A DNA stretch of 64,000 nt from a virus. Its lineage: Duplodnaviria > Caudoviricetes. Shown piece by piece: positions 47,662 to 57,523 of this stretch. The notes beneath the pieces were generated by a model. That model was not told the origin of the DNA and made no database searches. It saw nothing but the letters and a program-made list of their open reading frames with translations. The stretch covers positions 19,915-83,914 of IMG/VR virus record IMGVR_UViG_3300042257_000094. One strand, 5' to 3'. Position 1 is the first letter of the stretch, and each line of letters starts with the position of its first letter. Made by a program: the position numbers and the translations under genes.

Positions 47662-48213
47662 TTACTCCTTTCGAGAATCTTCTACACTACAAAGATTCCA
47701 ATTTGTTTTTTCAATAATAGGTTGCAATTCAGTGATAACTTTACCATACTCAACATCATCAACTCCTGTTACATATCGAACCTCCCTATAGTAAGTATCG
47801 GAAAAATCTGCATGATATATTAGAAAGTTAGATATTGTTTTTATATATGTTCGCGTGTTAAACGGTTTCAATCCAAGAACAATATTGCCTTCATATTCCG
47901 GCACAATGTTCATTCCGTTTGTATGCAAGGAAAGCGGGTAGTCCTCAAAAGCATTAAGAGCTTTTTCAAAATCACGATTACAGGTAGGTTCCCCTCCTGA
48001 AAGAACAACCCCAATATCAGGAACAATTTTATTTAACGCCTTTATCTCCTCATATATTTCTTCAAATGAATAATTAGCATCAGAGGTTAGAATGTGTTTA
48101 TTGTGGCAGAACGAACAATCCATATTACATCCACTAAAATAAATCGTAAACGCATATTTATTAGGAAAGTCCACCATCCCGGTGCAATATGAATAAATGG
48201 TCTTATCTGACAT
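47662..48213 (-). CDS. nrdG: anaerobic RNR activase (radical SAM)
   Basis: GCNMDCSFCHN, SGGEPT, LHTNG. Confidence 0.9.
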   Translation of the reverse strand: MSDKTIYSYCTGMVDFPNKYAFTIYFSGCNMDCSFCHNKHILTSDANYSFEEIYEEIKALNKIVPDIGVVLSGGEPTCNRDFEKALNAFEDYPLSLHTNGMNIVPEYEGNIVLGLKPFNTRTYIKTISNFLIYHADFSDTYYREVRYVTGVDDVEYGKVITELQPIIEKTNWNLCSVEDSRKE

Positions 48214-48216
48214 AGC

Positions 48217-50049
48217 CTACTCAATAATAAGTTCGGGGTTTGTTTTTCTCAGTTCATTAATTTCTTCTTCTGTATGATTATTTGGACATACAGAGTGTGC
48301 TCCTACGTGATACCCACAAATAGGACAAATAGAATACACTGTAGAGATAGAAAAATAAGGAATAGGTGTATTACAAATCATACTGATAAATTCCTTTGTT
48401 TGTTCCACGGACCACTCTTCACCAATATAGAAGTGAGTTGCCGTTCCACCAGTTGGAATAGGCTGTAGCACTGTGCGAACTTTAAGAACTTGAGAGAGAT
48501 CATCCTGAAACTCAACCGGAATATTACATCCATTAGTAAAATATGGTGCTTTTTTAAGACCACGATGAACAATGTTAGGGAATTGTTTCAGAGACTTCTT
48601 AGCAAGTTTATAAGAAGCACTTTCCGCAGGAGTCTCTTCCACGTTCCAAAGCATTTTATATTCTTCCATCCAAGACTTAGTTTTATCAACCATTCCTTGA
48701 AGAATATCTTTTCCTAGGGCAAGACCCTCCTTTGTGAGAAGAGATTGCTCATCCTTAGTGAGCATTTCTACACATTCCCACGTACCAATAAATCCAACCG
48801 TAGTAAAGAAAGTGTCGTAACCTTTAGGAAGCGCTTTTTTAGAAAGAGCTAGAAAACCCTTATTATAGGCGTCTACTACTTTTCCACGTTTCCAAATATG
48901 GTATTCTTTGATCTTTTCCATAGTTGCGTACAAGTCTTTATAGAAACGCTTAATATCTCCCCTAGATTCACATGCCAGATAGGGAAGGTTTACGGTCACA
49001 ACAACAAGACTGCCCGTTCCATCACTATTACCAAAAAGACCGCCTGTAGATTTTGCAATATCTTTAAGAGACAAACTCAGCCTACAGCAAAGAGCGCGAG
49101 TATCCTGTGGACTAAGTTTTTCCCCGCCGCCTACACCATTTACAAAGTTCTGGAAAAAAGGAATACCATACTTCGCGGTAAACTCACAAATCTTATCTGT
49201 AAGAGGGTGATCAAAGAAAGTATCTTCAACATTAAGAGTCAAAACAGGGAAAGTAAAACCAACCCCATTAGCATCTCCCTCATTAAAAGTATCAATAAAG
49301 GCTTCAGCAACAAGACGTTGCCATTCCCAAAGATCAGCGTGGGTGTGATTATTTACACGAACCCCGTCAACTGTGTAGTCATAAAATTCTTTGATAGGCT
49401 TTCCTGCGACCATAGCAACTTGATCTTTCATATCTGGCGGTACGGTAATATCAAGAGTAATATTCCCGAAGGGGGGTTGTGAGCCATATCTGGTATTAAA
49501 ATTCAAATGAAATACAAAATTCTGAATCGCTTGATAAACTTCTTCTCTTGTGAGCTTGAAAGCAGTTGCAGGAGCACATCCGCTTTTTTTAAAATCAAGA
49601 TATCGTTTATAAGCATATGGAGCTAGATAGGTATCAACCCCGTTAAATGCTTGTGCGCCTGAATAATCATTAGACATGCTCCCAATGAAATTAACCATAT
49701 GATTAATAGCAGAATTAAAATGTTTTGCAGGAGCAGCTTTAATACCAACTTCTATACCATTATTCAAAAGATCAGGAAGAGAGTTACCACAGCAGTAGGG
49801 GGTATGGGTGCCCATCCCTAGATCGTGGAGATGCACCTTTCCTTTATTGTGCATTTCTACCAACTCCCCAAATCCTTCTTCTACCATTTCCTTCAGAGTA
49901 TTGCGCCTAAGTCCTTCACTACCTACGGCCATAAGAAGTCCAGACGGACCTTTATTCTGGTTAGCATTTTCTTTCGCTACATCTCCGTCCTCCATGTATT
50001 CATTTATAATTTTACGAGCATCAATTCTAACTTCAGTCCGATTAGTCAT
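48217..50049 (-). CDS. nrdD: class III ribonucleotide reductase catalytic subunit lacking the C-terminal Gly-radical domain and ATP cone
   Basis: HLHDLG, PYCCG, SGAQAF, FTFPV, CCRL, EETPAES, TGGT; ends after CPICG...CP. Confidence 0.92.
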   Translation of the reverse strand: MTNRTEVRIDARKIINEYMEDGDVAKENANQNKGPSGLLMAVGSEGLRRNTLKEMVEEGFGELVEMHNKGKVHLHDLGMGTHTPYCCGNSLPDLLNNGIEVGIKAAPAKHFNSAINHMVNFIGSMSNDYSGAQAFNGVDTYLAPYAYKRYLDFKKSGCAPATAFKLTREEVYQAIQNFVFHLNFNTRYGSQPPFGNITLDITVPPDMKDQVAMVAGKPIKEFYDYTVDGVRVNNHTHADLWEWQRLVAEAFIDTFNEGDANGVGFTFPVLTLNVEDTFFDHPLTDKICEFTAKYGIPFFQNFVNGVGGGEKLSPQDTRALCCRLSLSLKDIAKSTGGLFGNSDGTGSLVVVTVNLPYLACESRGDIKRFYKDLYATMEKIKEYHIWKRGKVVDAYNKGFLALSKKALPKGYDTFFTTVGFIGTWECVEMLTKDEQSLLTKEGLALGKDILQGMVDKTKSWMEEYKMLWNVEETPAESASYKLAKKSLKQFPNIVHRGLKKAPYFTNGCNIPVEFQDDLSQVLKVRTVLQPIPTGGTATHFYIGEEWSVEQTKEFISMICNTPIPYFSISTVYSICPICGYHVGAHSVCPNNHTEEEINELRKTNPELIIE

Positions 50050-50158
50050 AGAAATTCCTTTATAGATAATTAGTAGGTTAAATAAAGACAATTAAGGAGT
50101 AGTGTTGAACGGTAAAAGCCCATTCCAAAACACTACTCCCTAAGTAATTACATTTCAC

Positions 50159-50188
50159 ATTATATCAAAAATCAACCGATAAGTCAAG
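50159..50188 (-). promoter_or_regulatory. sigma70 promoter for the nrd operon
   Basis: TTGACT-17-TATAAT on the minus strand. Confidence 0.8.
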
Positions 50189-50208
50189 TTATTTTTTGTT
50201 AAATTTTA

Positions 50209-50691
50209 TCAAGAACTTCCTGTTGAACCGAATCCTCCACGACTAGGAGAAGAAAGGCTCTCTACCTCTTTAATTTCAACCTTTCCCATAGGTTCTACAA
50301 GACGGAATTGACAAATCCGGTCCCCGTAGTGGATAGTTCCAGGTTTGAGGGCATAACACGGCATCCACCAGACATCATCTTGTCCGCAATAAGAAGAATC
50401 GATAACTCCCATGTGGTTAGTCTGAATCAACCCGTATTTCTTGAAAGTGGAAGAACGAGGAACTAGGTGTGCCTCCATGTTTCCAATGTTCATAGAGATG
50501 CCGAGGTTGACCATAATCGTCATTCCAGCAATATAATTAAACGGACTAGATAATGACACTTCATATTTGTTGTTTAGAATTGAACTGATTACTTTAAGGC
50601 TCGATGCCCTAAGATCAATCCAATTACCCACTTCAATCTGTTCAATCTTGGGAAGGTCTTTATCGTGATAATATATTTCAATTTTATTCAT
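50209..50691 (-). CDS. dut: trimeric dUTPase
   Basis: WIDLR, PRSST, GVIDSSYCG, GDRICQ, RGGFGSTG. Confidence 0.92.
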   Translation of the reverse strand: MNKIEIYYHDKDLPKIEQIEVGNWIDLRASSLKVISSILNNKYEVSLSSPFNYIAGMTIMVNLGISMNIGNMEAHLVPRSSTFKKYGLIQTNHMGVIDSSYCGQDDVWWMPCYALKPGTIHYGDRICQFRLVEPMGKVEIKEVESLSSPSRGGFGSTGSS

Positions 50692-51292
50692 TAGTAGGTC
50701 CTTCCTTGAGAAGTCCAGAGAGAGTTTTCGTCGATTTGTTTTTATCCCTCTCTTCCTGAAGATAAAGGACCGCCGCAGCACTATAAACAATTGCACCGAG
50801 AATTTCGTTGATTGCGGCGTCATATCCACGAAGTCCAATGAGGTTATGTGCTTCCCTCAGTTTCTTTTCAGCTTGTCCTGTGGAGTGCCCAAGCCCGTGT
50901 GCTCGGGTGGTCTCCATGATAGGCTGATCTTCAAATGGAATGGTCCCTTCCGGATTATGTCGTTCTTTGCCCTTGCCATTTGCACACTGGTCATAAGCAA
51001 GTTCAAGAACGCACTTCAACTTTCGGAAGGGATCGTGTTCTTCCTTGTTGAGGTATGGATTAGGGATTTCTTCATTCATATATTCTTTAAAAGCACTTAC
51101 CCTTTCTTTATCAACGAATTCCGCCGCCTCTACTTTTTCCCCCAGATTAATCTCTTCTCGATTTGTATTATTATTATTGTTTGTTTTATACCTAAAACGA
51201 CGTCCGCAGTTCCAACAAACCCACACACTTTGTTTTTTTACAAATTCATTACATCCACAGTAATCACAACAAAAAAGATTATTTTTTTCCAT
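50684..51292 (-). CDS. conserved phage protein (GKGKERH motif) with N-terminal Zn ribbon
   Basis: AYDQCANGKGKERH...GQAEKK.RE...EILGAIVY. Confidence 0.55.
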   Translation of the reverse strand: MEKNNLFCCDYCGCNEFVKKQSVWVCWNCGRRFRYKTNNNNNTNREEINLGEKVEAAEFVDKERVSAFKEYMNEEIPNPYLNKEEHDPFRKLKCVLELAYDQCANGKGKERHNPEGTIPFEDQPIMETTRAHGLGHSTGQAEKKLREAHNLIGLRGYDAAINEILGAIVYSAAAVLYLQEERDKNKSTKTLSGLLKEGPTNE

Positions 51293-51294
51293 TC

Positions 51295-52371
51295 TTAATT
51301 CTCCAGAAAAGTTTTAATATTTTTATTCAGAACTTCATATAGTCCTTCGAGAGCAAGCCACCGTTGAGAAATTTCTTCCTGTTTCTCTTCCTCTTCTACC
51401 TCCATAGCCTCGTCTTCAAAAGCAAACACATTTTCCCAATTCTTCATTTTGAAAGTCACATCAACATCAGTCATTTCCAATTCCGCTTCAACAAACTCAT
51501 AGCCCATTTCAAGAAGTTTGTCAACCTGTTCTTTTTCAAGAGCATCAACAAAACTCACATTCCCTGAATCTGAGGAATCTTTTAGTTTGGCACTATTAGG
51601 AATATGAAGAGAATAATTTTTATCCTGCTTATAAACAGATTCAATAAAGTAAGAAAAATCATCTTCATGGACTTCTTCGTCTGTGATGTAAAAATCAAGA
51701 ATATCTTCAATTCCATCGATACTCTGTTCAAGACACTTTACGTCTTTCTTGGAGGTAGTAGAAATATATCCTTGACCAAGATCCTCACAAAGAATAGCAT
51801 CGTAATGGCCCGGAACGGGCGCGGTATTCCTAAGAAGATGATTTTTGATTACTTTCTTCAGTTCCCTATACCTATCAAGACTTTGTTCAAGGCACTCTAG
51901 GGCTTTCTTAGAAGTGGTAGAAATATATCCTCGACCAAGTTCGCTACAAAGAATAACATCATAATAGTTCGGAACGGGCGCGGTATTCCTAAGAAGACGT
52001 TTTTTGATTGCTTCCTTCAGTTCCCTTTTTGTTTCCTTAAATGGAATATACTCTTCTACTTCACCATATTCATTTGTAGTTGTCTTACGTTCAATGAGGT
52101 CTTTCAATGCCTTTTCATATTCCTTATTGAGAAGCTTGGCCGGAACAGTTCGCGTATCTACACGAAGTTTAACTGCCATTATCTTTTTACCGTTTACATA
52201 AGATACTTCAGGAATAACTTCTGTAGATCGTTCTTTGTTATATTTAACAAAACCACAACTAATTGGGGAGCCTTCCATATCGAAGAAAGGCTTGAAAGAG
52301 ATAAAGTTATCTCCCACAGTAAACTTAAATTTTGTTACTCCGCTCTTCTTTCCAAACATTTTATTCCCCAT
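51295..52371 (-). CDS. RdgC-like protein with an internal 53-aa duplication
   Basis: LRVDTRTVPAKLL...KRELKEAIKKRLL...P. Confidence 0.55.
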   Translation of the reverse strand: MGNKMFGKKSGVTKFKFTVGDNFISFKPFFDMEGSPISCGFVKYNKERSTEVIPEVSYVNGKKIMAVKLRVDTRTVPAKLLNKEYEKALKDLIERKTTTNEYGEVEEYIPFKETKRELKEAIKKRLLRNTAPVPNYYDVILCSELGRGYISTTSKKALECLEQSLDRYRELKKVIKNHLLRNTAPVPGHYDAILCEDLGQGYISTTSKKDVKCLEQSIDGIEDILDFYITDEEVHEDDFSYFIESVYKQDKNYSLHIPNSAKLKDSSDSGNVSFVDALEKEQVDKLLEMGYEFVEAELEMTDVDVTFKMKNWENVFAFEDEAMEVEEEEKQEEISQRWLALEGLYEVLNKNIKTFLEN

Positions 52372-52567
52372 CTACTTTCTGATATGTACTAGTTTTACGA
52401 GATTGCAAATTTTCAATAACACGAAATTCTTTATGACAATTATAGCATGTATACACATTGTATCGATGTACCGCGTTATCCTGCACAAAGTAATATGGGC
52501 CGCTCATGAAAATAAGATCGTGTATATTAAAAATGCAACGAATTGTATTGTATAACAATTTAATCAT
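52361..52567 (-). CDS. small Cys/His protein
   Basis: CIFNIHD...CYNCHK. Confidence 0.45.
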   Translation of the reverse strand: MIKLLYNTIRCIFNIHDLIFMSGPYYFVQDNAVHRYNVYTCYNCHKEFRVIENLQSRKTSTYQKVDGE

Positions 52568-52575
52568 TAAACCAC

Positions 52576-52977
52576 TTACCCCGGAATTTCGTCAAACGCA
52601 TCTTTCATAGTACGATAAACAAAAAATGGAACATTGTGTATGTTTTTATACTTACCTACAATTGTTTTTATTTCCATATCAATATCGTAGTAATTAGCTA
52701 ATTCTCGATAAGGAACCAAATCTTCTTCTCTGAGAAAAACATCGCACACCACCACACTATACCCAATACTTAAAAGAAAATCCGCTTGTTTAAAAGTAAA
52801 ATCTAAAGCCATTCCCCAGAGTTGTTCAATGTAAGTATATTTTCCATTTACATCGCACATAAGATGGTCAGGTTCGAGTATACGATAATTATCCTGGGTA
52901 AACGTTTTATCACAGTATGTAGATTTTCCTGCTCCTGGGAGCCCTCGTACAATAACAAGTTTTTGCTTTTTAGACAT
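52576..52977 (-). CDS. P-loop kinase (AAA_33-like)
   Basis: IVRGLPGAGKST...NIHNVP. Confidence 0.8.
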   Translation of the reverse strand: MSKKQKLVIVRGLPGAGKSTYCDKTFTQDNYRILEPDHLMCDVNGKYTYIEQLWGMALDFTFKQADFLLSIGYSVVVCDVFLREEDLVPYRELANYYDIDMEIKTIVGKYKNIHNVPFFVYRTMKDAFDEIPG

Positions 52978-53575
52978 TAAACAACACCCCCTTTTCAATT
53001 CTAAAGTTTTTATCTGCACCTTCCACAAAATTCTCAATATGCGACACAATAATGAATTGGATACCGAGTTTTTCGGAAAGCATCCTTACCATCTCAACAG
53101 CTTTTGGAACAAGCTCCTTTGACAGGAAACGCATAGGTTCGTCAAAAATCATCACGTTTCTATTTTGATTAAGATGCCAAAAACTAATCCTGAGTGCAAA
53201 AGAAGTAATGTCTAGCAACCCCCCTCCACTGGAAAACACAGGATTCATTTTTTCACCATCTTTGACAAACCAGAAATCACACTCCGTTTTACCTCTCCGC
53301 TCAACAAACTCAACCTTAAATTCAATATCTTCCTCAAACACAGACATGATTGCGGTAGTCACAATGGAAGAAATGTGATACTCAAGCTGTTGCTGAGTTT
53401 GCTTGCCTACATCTTGAATAAGTGCCCTTGCTTTGAGAGATGCTTCATAATTCTCTTTCAGTTCAATGAGTTGTTGCTCAATGTTTGACAATTGTTTTTG
53501 AAGCATATTTCTCTCCGCCTTTTGACTGACAATATATTCGGAGAGTTTGTTTAGTTCTTGTTTGTATTTTTGCAT
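52970..53575 (-). CDS. SbcC/Rad50 C-terminal half
   Basis: Signature SSGGG, Walker B MIFDEP, IIVSH. Confidence 0.85.
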   Translation of the reverse strand: MQKYKQELNKLSEYIVSQKAERNMLQKQLSNIEQQLIELKENYEASLKARALIQDVGKQTQQQLEYHISSIVTTAIMSVFEEDIEFKVEFVERRGKTECDFWFVKDGEKMNPVFSSGGGLLDITSFALRISFWHLNQNRNVMIFDEPMRFLSKELVPKAVEMVRMLSEKLGIQFIIVSHIENFVEGADKNFRIEKGVLFNV

Positions 53576-53581
53576 AAGAAC

Positions 53582-53827
53582 CTACATATCTTCAGGAATC
53601 ATTTTTCGGAGTTCTTCCATCTTCTGTTCAATTTCGGATCCAAGAGTTTCTTTTTTTTCACTGATTTCTCGTTGTTTCTTCTTTGCTTCGCGAATGGAAG
53701 ACACACCAAACCCTTCTTTAAGAGAGTTCATAAGACTTTCCCTTTCACCTTCCAATCGCGCCTTCTTATTCTCGTTTTCACGAATAAGATTAGAAACCCG
53801 TTCAAGTTCTTTGATAATTTCATGCAT
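53582..53827 (-). CDS. small coiled-coil protein
   Basis: Between SbcD and SbcC-C. Confidence 0.6.
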   Translation of the reverse strand: MHEIIKELERVSNLIRENENKKARLEGERESLMNSLKEGFGVSSIREAKKKQREISEKKETLGSEIEQKMEELRKMIPEDM

Positions 53828-53829
53828 AT

Positions 53830-54741
53830 TTATTCTCCATTAACACATTCAGTTATAATTTTTTTTACTCTCTCCTCTGCCTCATTGACGTTTTTACTAT
53901 TCCATAAGTTAGAGAAAAAGTCAAGGGAAATCTTTTCTGAATCTTCAAACCCATTCACAAAAGAACTGATCTTCATATCAATCTCTTTTCTGTTCTCATG
54001 CCTTTCCGCATCAATCACAATTCTAGAATCCGGAATAGGAATGGGAATTTCTTCAACCTCTTTTGTCACAGAATCAAAAATGTAAATATAAGGTTCGTGA
54101 TCTTTCTGCTTAACAGAACTACGGCAGATAGAACCACAGTTATACAACCTCCGCTTTCCCGCCCGAGCACTATATTTGAAACGAGTGTGGTTATGCCCAG
54201 AGAAAACCAAATCAAATTTATGTTCTTTCAGAAAATCCTTTGCAGTATACCAAGGCTCTTTTATTTCAAAATTGAGTTCCTCTTCACTGATACCTATATG
54301 GATAATTAGAACATTGAATTTATCCTTTTCAGGTTCGGGAATGTCCTCTCCATAATGACAAAAATGAAATACACATTCTTTATCATCTTCTGGTGGTTCT
54401 TTTTTAATAATACCCGACTCACTTAATACGCCAAACGCTGAATTGTTTGATAATAGTGACTTAAAAGTAAGGTCATGATTTCCTGCTACAGAATGAAAAG
54501 GAATATTTACCATATATGTATTAAGAGGCTTAAACAGACTAAAACAACTTGAAATAAAATGTAATGGATATTGTGCTTTATCGAAAAAATCACCAACGGT
54601 TACAATTTTATTAACATGATTATCAACGCAATAATCAAAAATCCATTTCAATTTATTCTTCTGTGTTTCGGGGTAATCATCTGTTCTACACACCGGAGTA
54701 TGATTTGTTAGATGAAAATCCCCTATGACGCAGTATTTCAT
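53830..54741 (-). CDS. sbcD: SbcD/Mre11 nuclease
   Basis: GDFH, GDFFD, GNHD, GHNH, NCGS. Confidence 0.88.
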   Translation of the reverse strand: MKYCVIGDFHLTNHTPVCRTDDYPETQKNKLKWIFDYCVDNHVNKIVTVGDFFDKAQYPLHFISSCFSLFKPLNTYMVNIPFHSVAGNHDLTFKSLLSNNSAFGVLSESGIIKKEPPEDDKECVFHFCHYGEDIPEPEKDKFNVLIIHIGISEEELNFEIKEPWYTAKDFLKEHKFDLVFSGHNHTRFKYSARAGKRRLYNCGSICRSSVKQKDHEPYIYIFDSVTKEVEEIPIPIPDSRIVIDAERHENRKEIDMKISSFVNGFEDSEKISLDFFSNLWNSKNVNEAEERVKKIITECVNGE

Positions 54742-54744
54742 TTA

Positions 54745-55035
54745 TTACTCACTTTCATTTTTCATAAAACAATTGCGGCACACGTCACCACACTCAATAT
54801 CAGTATAGGCATCTTCTATATTTAAGATATCACCACATATGCCGCACTTAATGATTCCCATTTCCAATCGTACAACATCCTCAATAAATTCAATGATTTT
54901 GTGGGAGAATTGAAAATCATTACTAGGCGTTGAATTACGATGACAGAAACAATCATGTGGAAACTTTTCCTCAAAGTAATCTCCCACATCTGTACATAAA
55001 GCACACAATCTTTCAATAATTTCTTTTCTTTTCAT
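54745..55035 (-). CDS. Cys-rich hypothetical protein
   Basis: HDCFC, CGICG, CRNC. Confidence 0.5.
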   Translation of the reverse strand: MKRKEIIERLCALCTDVGDYFEEKFPHDCFCHRNSTPSNDFQFSHKIIEFIEDVVRLEMGIIKCGICGDILNIEDAYTDIECGDVCRNCFMKNESE

Positions 55036-55047
55036 TGGGAGTATCTC

Positions 55048-56310
55048 CTACTTATTATCCTTAATATATTTACTCCAATATTCAGCAATACATCCTTCTT
55101 CCTTATCAAAAACCATTCCGGTTGCCATGCGGTTTCCTTTGACATACCCTTTCTTATGGTGCCAGAAATCACTAGACGTAAGTGAAGGAAGAATCTTAAC
55201 CTCTACTCCATTAAAAGTATCCCCATCCGTGTATTTGGTAACACGTTTTTTATGGAGGTGTCCGATGTGCCATTGCATGAAGTCTACTTTAGACCATTCT
55301 TCCTGTGCTTCCCTAGCCATGAGCAAAGGCAACTTATCGTGTTTCTCTTCATTACCATGAGTGAATCCAATAAGCGTCTTACCATAACGATAATATTTAC
55401 GAGAAATAGGAGCATTGTTCACATTAACGTGCTTATCCTTACGATACCAAGCATCAAGGTATTCACCAATATAAAACATGGTTGCGTAGTCGTGGTTGGA
55501 AGGAACAATAACAATATCTACATCTGCACACTTTCTAAGCAGATTAATGGTGTTTACAAGAATCCTACTGACAACAGTATATGTTTTTGTATACCGGGAA
55601 TCGTTATCCTGCCTGGTTCCTGCCGTGGTTTCTGGGATCATGCCATCACTATTGAAAAGGTCTTGCCCCAGTGGAAGAAGAATCTTTTCAATATTCAGGT
55701 GACTAGCTTTGGCAAGAAGATCATAGACAGCGTTCATAAACAGTTCTTCGGCAATTTTTAGATCATATGATTCTCCTGTCTCCGCTGCCCATGCCAATTT
55801 TGAAAAGTGGTGATCAAAAATGGCAATTTCATACATAACAGGTTTTTTCTTTGAATCAGTATTTCTAACAACGGGAGCGTGTTTATTTACTTCCCCCATC
55901 AGCTTATACTGCTCTTTAATAACATCCAATGTCAAATCTTTAACAATCTTCTTGAATGTGACTTTATTCTGTTTATTAGTGGCGTATTCAACTTCTCCAT
56001 CTTCGGTCTTAAACGGAGTAGTCCACTCATTCTTTGTGATATTTGTGATTTGCCATTGGGAAGGATCTAGACCATGCTCTTTATAAATATCCTCTTCAAT
56101 CATACCTTCGGGAACGTCAATAGAAATAGTATCTCCACCTGTATCAGGAATGGTTCCATTCACATTTCGTTTGCCGTGGAACTGGTCAATATAACGGCGC
56201 ACAGTCGTTCTAGGAAGATTAAGGACTCTCGCTACCTCAGACTTATTTCCAAGCTCTAGAAATTTAGTATATACTTCTTTAATAATAGATTCTTTGTTCT
56301 TATCCGACAT
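55048..56310 (-). CDS. HTH plus calcineurin-like metallophosphoesterase
   Basis: SEVARVLNLPRTTVRRY; DHH, GQDLFNSD, SNHD, FTHG, GHLH. Confidence 0.75.
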   Translation of the reverse strand: MSDKNKESIIKEVYTKFLELGNKSEVARVLNLPRTTVRRYIDQFHGKRNVNGTIPDTGGDTISIDVPEGMIEEDIYKEHGLDPSQWQITNITKNEWTTPFKTEDGEVEYATNKQNKVTFKKIVKDLTLDVIKEQYKLMGEVNKHAPVVRNTDSKKKPVMYEIAIFDHHFSKLAWAAETGESYDLKIAEELFMNAVYDLLAKASHLNIEKILLPLGQDLFNSDGMIPETTAGTRQDNDSRYTKTYTVVSRILVNTINLLRKCADVDIVIVPSNHDYATMFYIGEYLDAWYRKDKHVNVNNAPISRKYYRYGKTLIGFTHGNEEKHDKLPLLMAREAQEEWSKVDFMQWHIGHLHKKRVTKYTDGDTFNGVEVKILPSLTSSDFWHHKKGYVKGNRMATGMVFDKEEGCIAEYWSKYIKDNK

Positions 56311-57515
56311 TAACAACATTCTCCATTTTCAAAAGTTTTTCCACAAAGAGGGCATACTCCGGCTTCCGCTTCAATTTTCCTTTTCTCTTCCCTTGCCCGT
56401 TCAATAATCTTCATTACCTTCATCGTGGCTTCTTGAATCTCTTTATCCTGCCTAATCTTTTTATCAATATCTGCATAGGCTTTAGAAACTTCTTCATATT
56501 CCCCCACGTCTTCCCGTAAGGAATCATAAATGGGCTTGCAAGAAAGGAAGTTTGCAGTGTCATTATAAGCATCATTTATACGATCATAGTCTGAGATAAG
56601 TTTGTTTAGATTGAACTCAGATTCGCTTGCCATTTTATATTCCTTTACCAATTTCTTAGCGTGTTCAAGTACATTACCACACTCATCATATGTATCTAAT
56701 TCATTAAGGGACTGCCGTATGCTATCGAGTTTATCTATACATTTCGATAGAGATTCTAAATCCTTATCAACTATTAAGAAATCCTTTATAATTGATTTAA
56801 CGTGTTCCACTTTTTCATAAGGAATATTAGGAATTTTAGAAAGGGCTTCCTCAAGCACACTATGTCGTTCAATTATCTTAGAAAGAGACTTTTCATCTTC
56901 TTCATAAACAGAAACCTCTTCTACCATATCTTTTAAAGTTTGACAAGTGATTTCTGCTCCACCCACCCAAGAATATTGCTCAAGTTCCTCTTTTTTTGTT
57001 TTAGACAATTTCTCTTGTGTAACACTGTCTTTCCTGTAAGAGTTGACAAACTTACTGGCCTTACTGAGAGCCGAATCGATGGCAGATAACCCTACAATAT
57101 CATTCAGAGTCCTTGCAACTTCACCAGAAGATTCTTGGAGAAGATAGAACTGATCAAATTGAGATTGAATATTGATACCAGAAACATTAGTAATATCGGT
57201 GACAGCCTCTGGAACCCCTGTACCAAGAGCTTTCAGAATTTCACCGTTACAATCATATTGGTTTGTTTTTGAATCTCTTTTTCTTTCGATATACTGCCCG
57301 TTATCAAAAACAACCTTTACAATAGTTGCTCCACGGCAATTGTTTTTCTTGAAAGAAAATCCACTAGGTTGATTGAAAAGGCACCACATGAGTGCCTTGA
57401 TAATAGAACTTTTGCCGTTGTTTGAAGACCCGCTGATTACGTTAACCCCGTCTGTAAAATCAAGATGAGTTTTTGAATGGGCCTCAAAATTTTGTATAAA
57501 TACTGATTTGATCAT
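56310..57515 (-). CDS. SbcC/Rad50 N-terminal half ending at the zinc hook
   Basis: IQNFEAH, GSSNNGKS, Q-loop IQSQFD, C-terminal CPLCG. Confidence 0.88.
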   Translation of the reverse strand: MIKSVFIQNFEAHSKTHLDFTDGVNVISGSSNNGKSSIIKALMWCLFNQPSGFSFKKNNCRGATIVKVVFDNGQYIERKRDSKTNQYDCNGEILKALGTGVPEAVTDITNVSGINIQSQFDQFYLLQESSGEVARTLNDIVGLSAIDSALSKASKFVNSYRKDSVTQEKLSKTKKEELEQYSWVGGAEITCQTLKDMVEEVSVYEEDEKSLSKIIERHSVLEEALSKIPNIPYEKVEHVKSIIKDFLIVDKDLESLSKCIDKLDSIRQSLNELDTYDECGNVLEHAKKLVKEYKMASESEFNLNKLISDYDRINDAYNDTANFLSCKPIYDSLREDVGEYEEVSKAYADIDKKIRQDKEIQEATMKVMKIIERAREEKRKIEAEAGVCPLCGKTFENGECC

Positions 57516-57523
57516 AGAGGTAA

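Noticed and set aside
48217-50049. Intron, intein or frameshift explaining the truncated nrdD
   Set aside because: The missing part lies beyond an intact nrdG and has its own RBS; no splicing motifs were seen.
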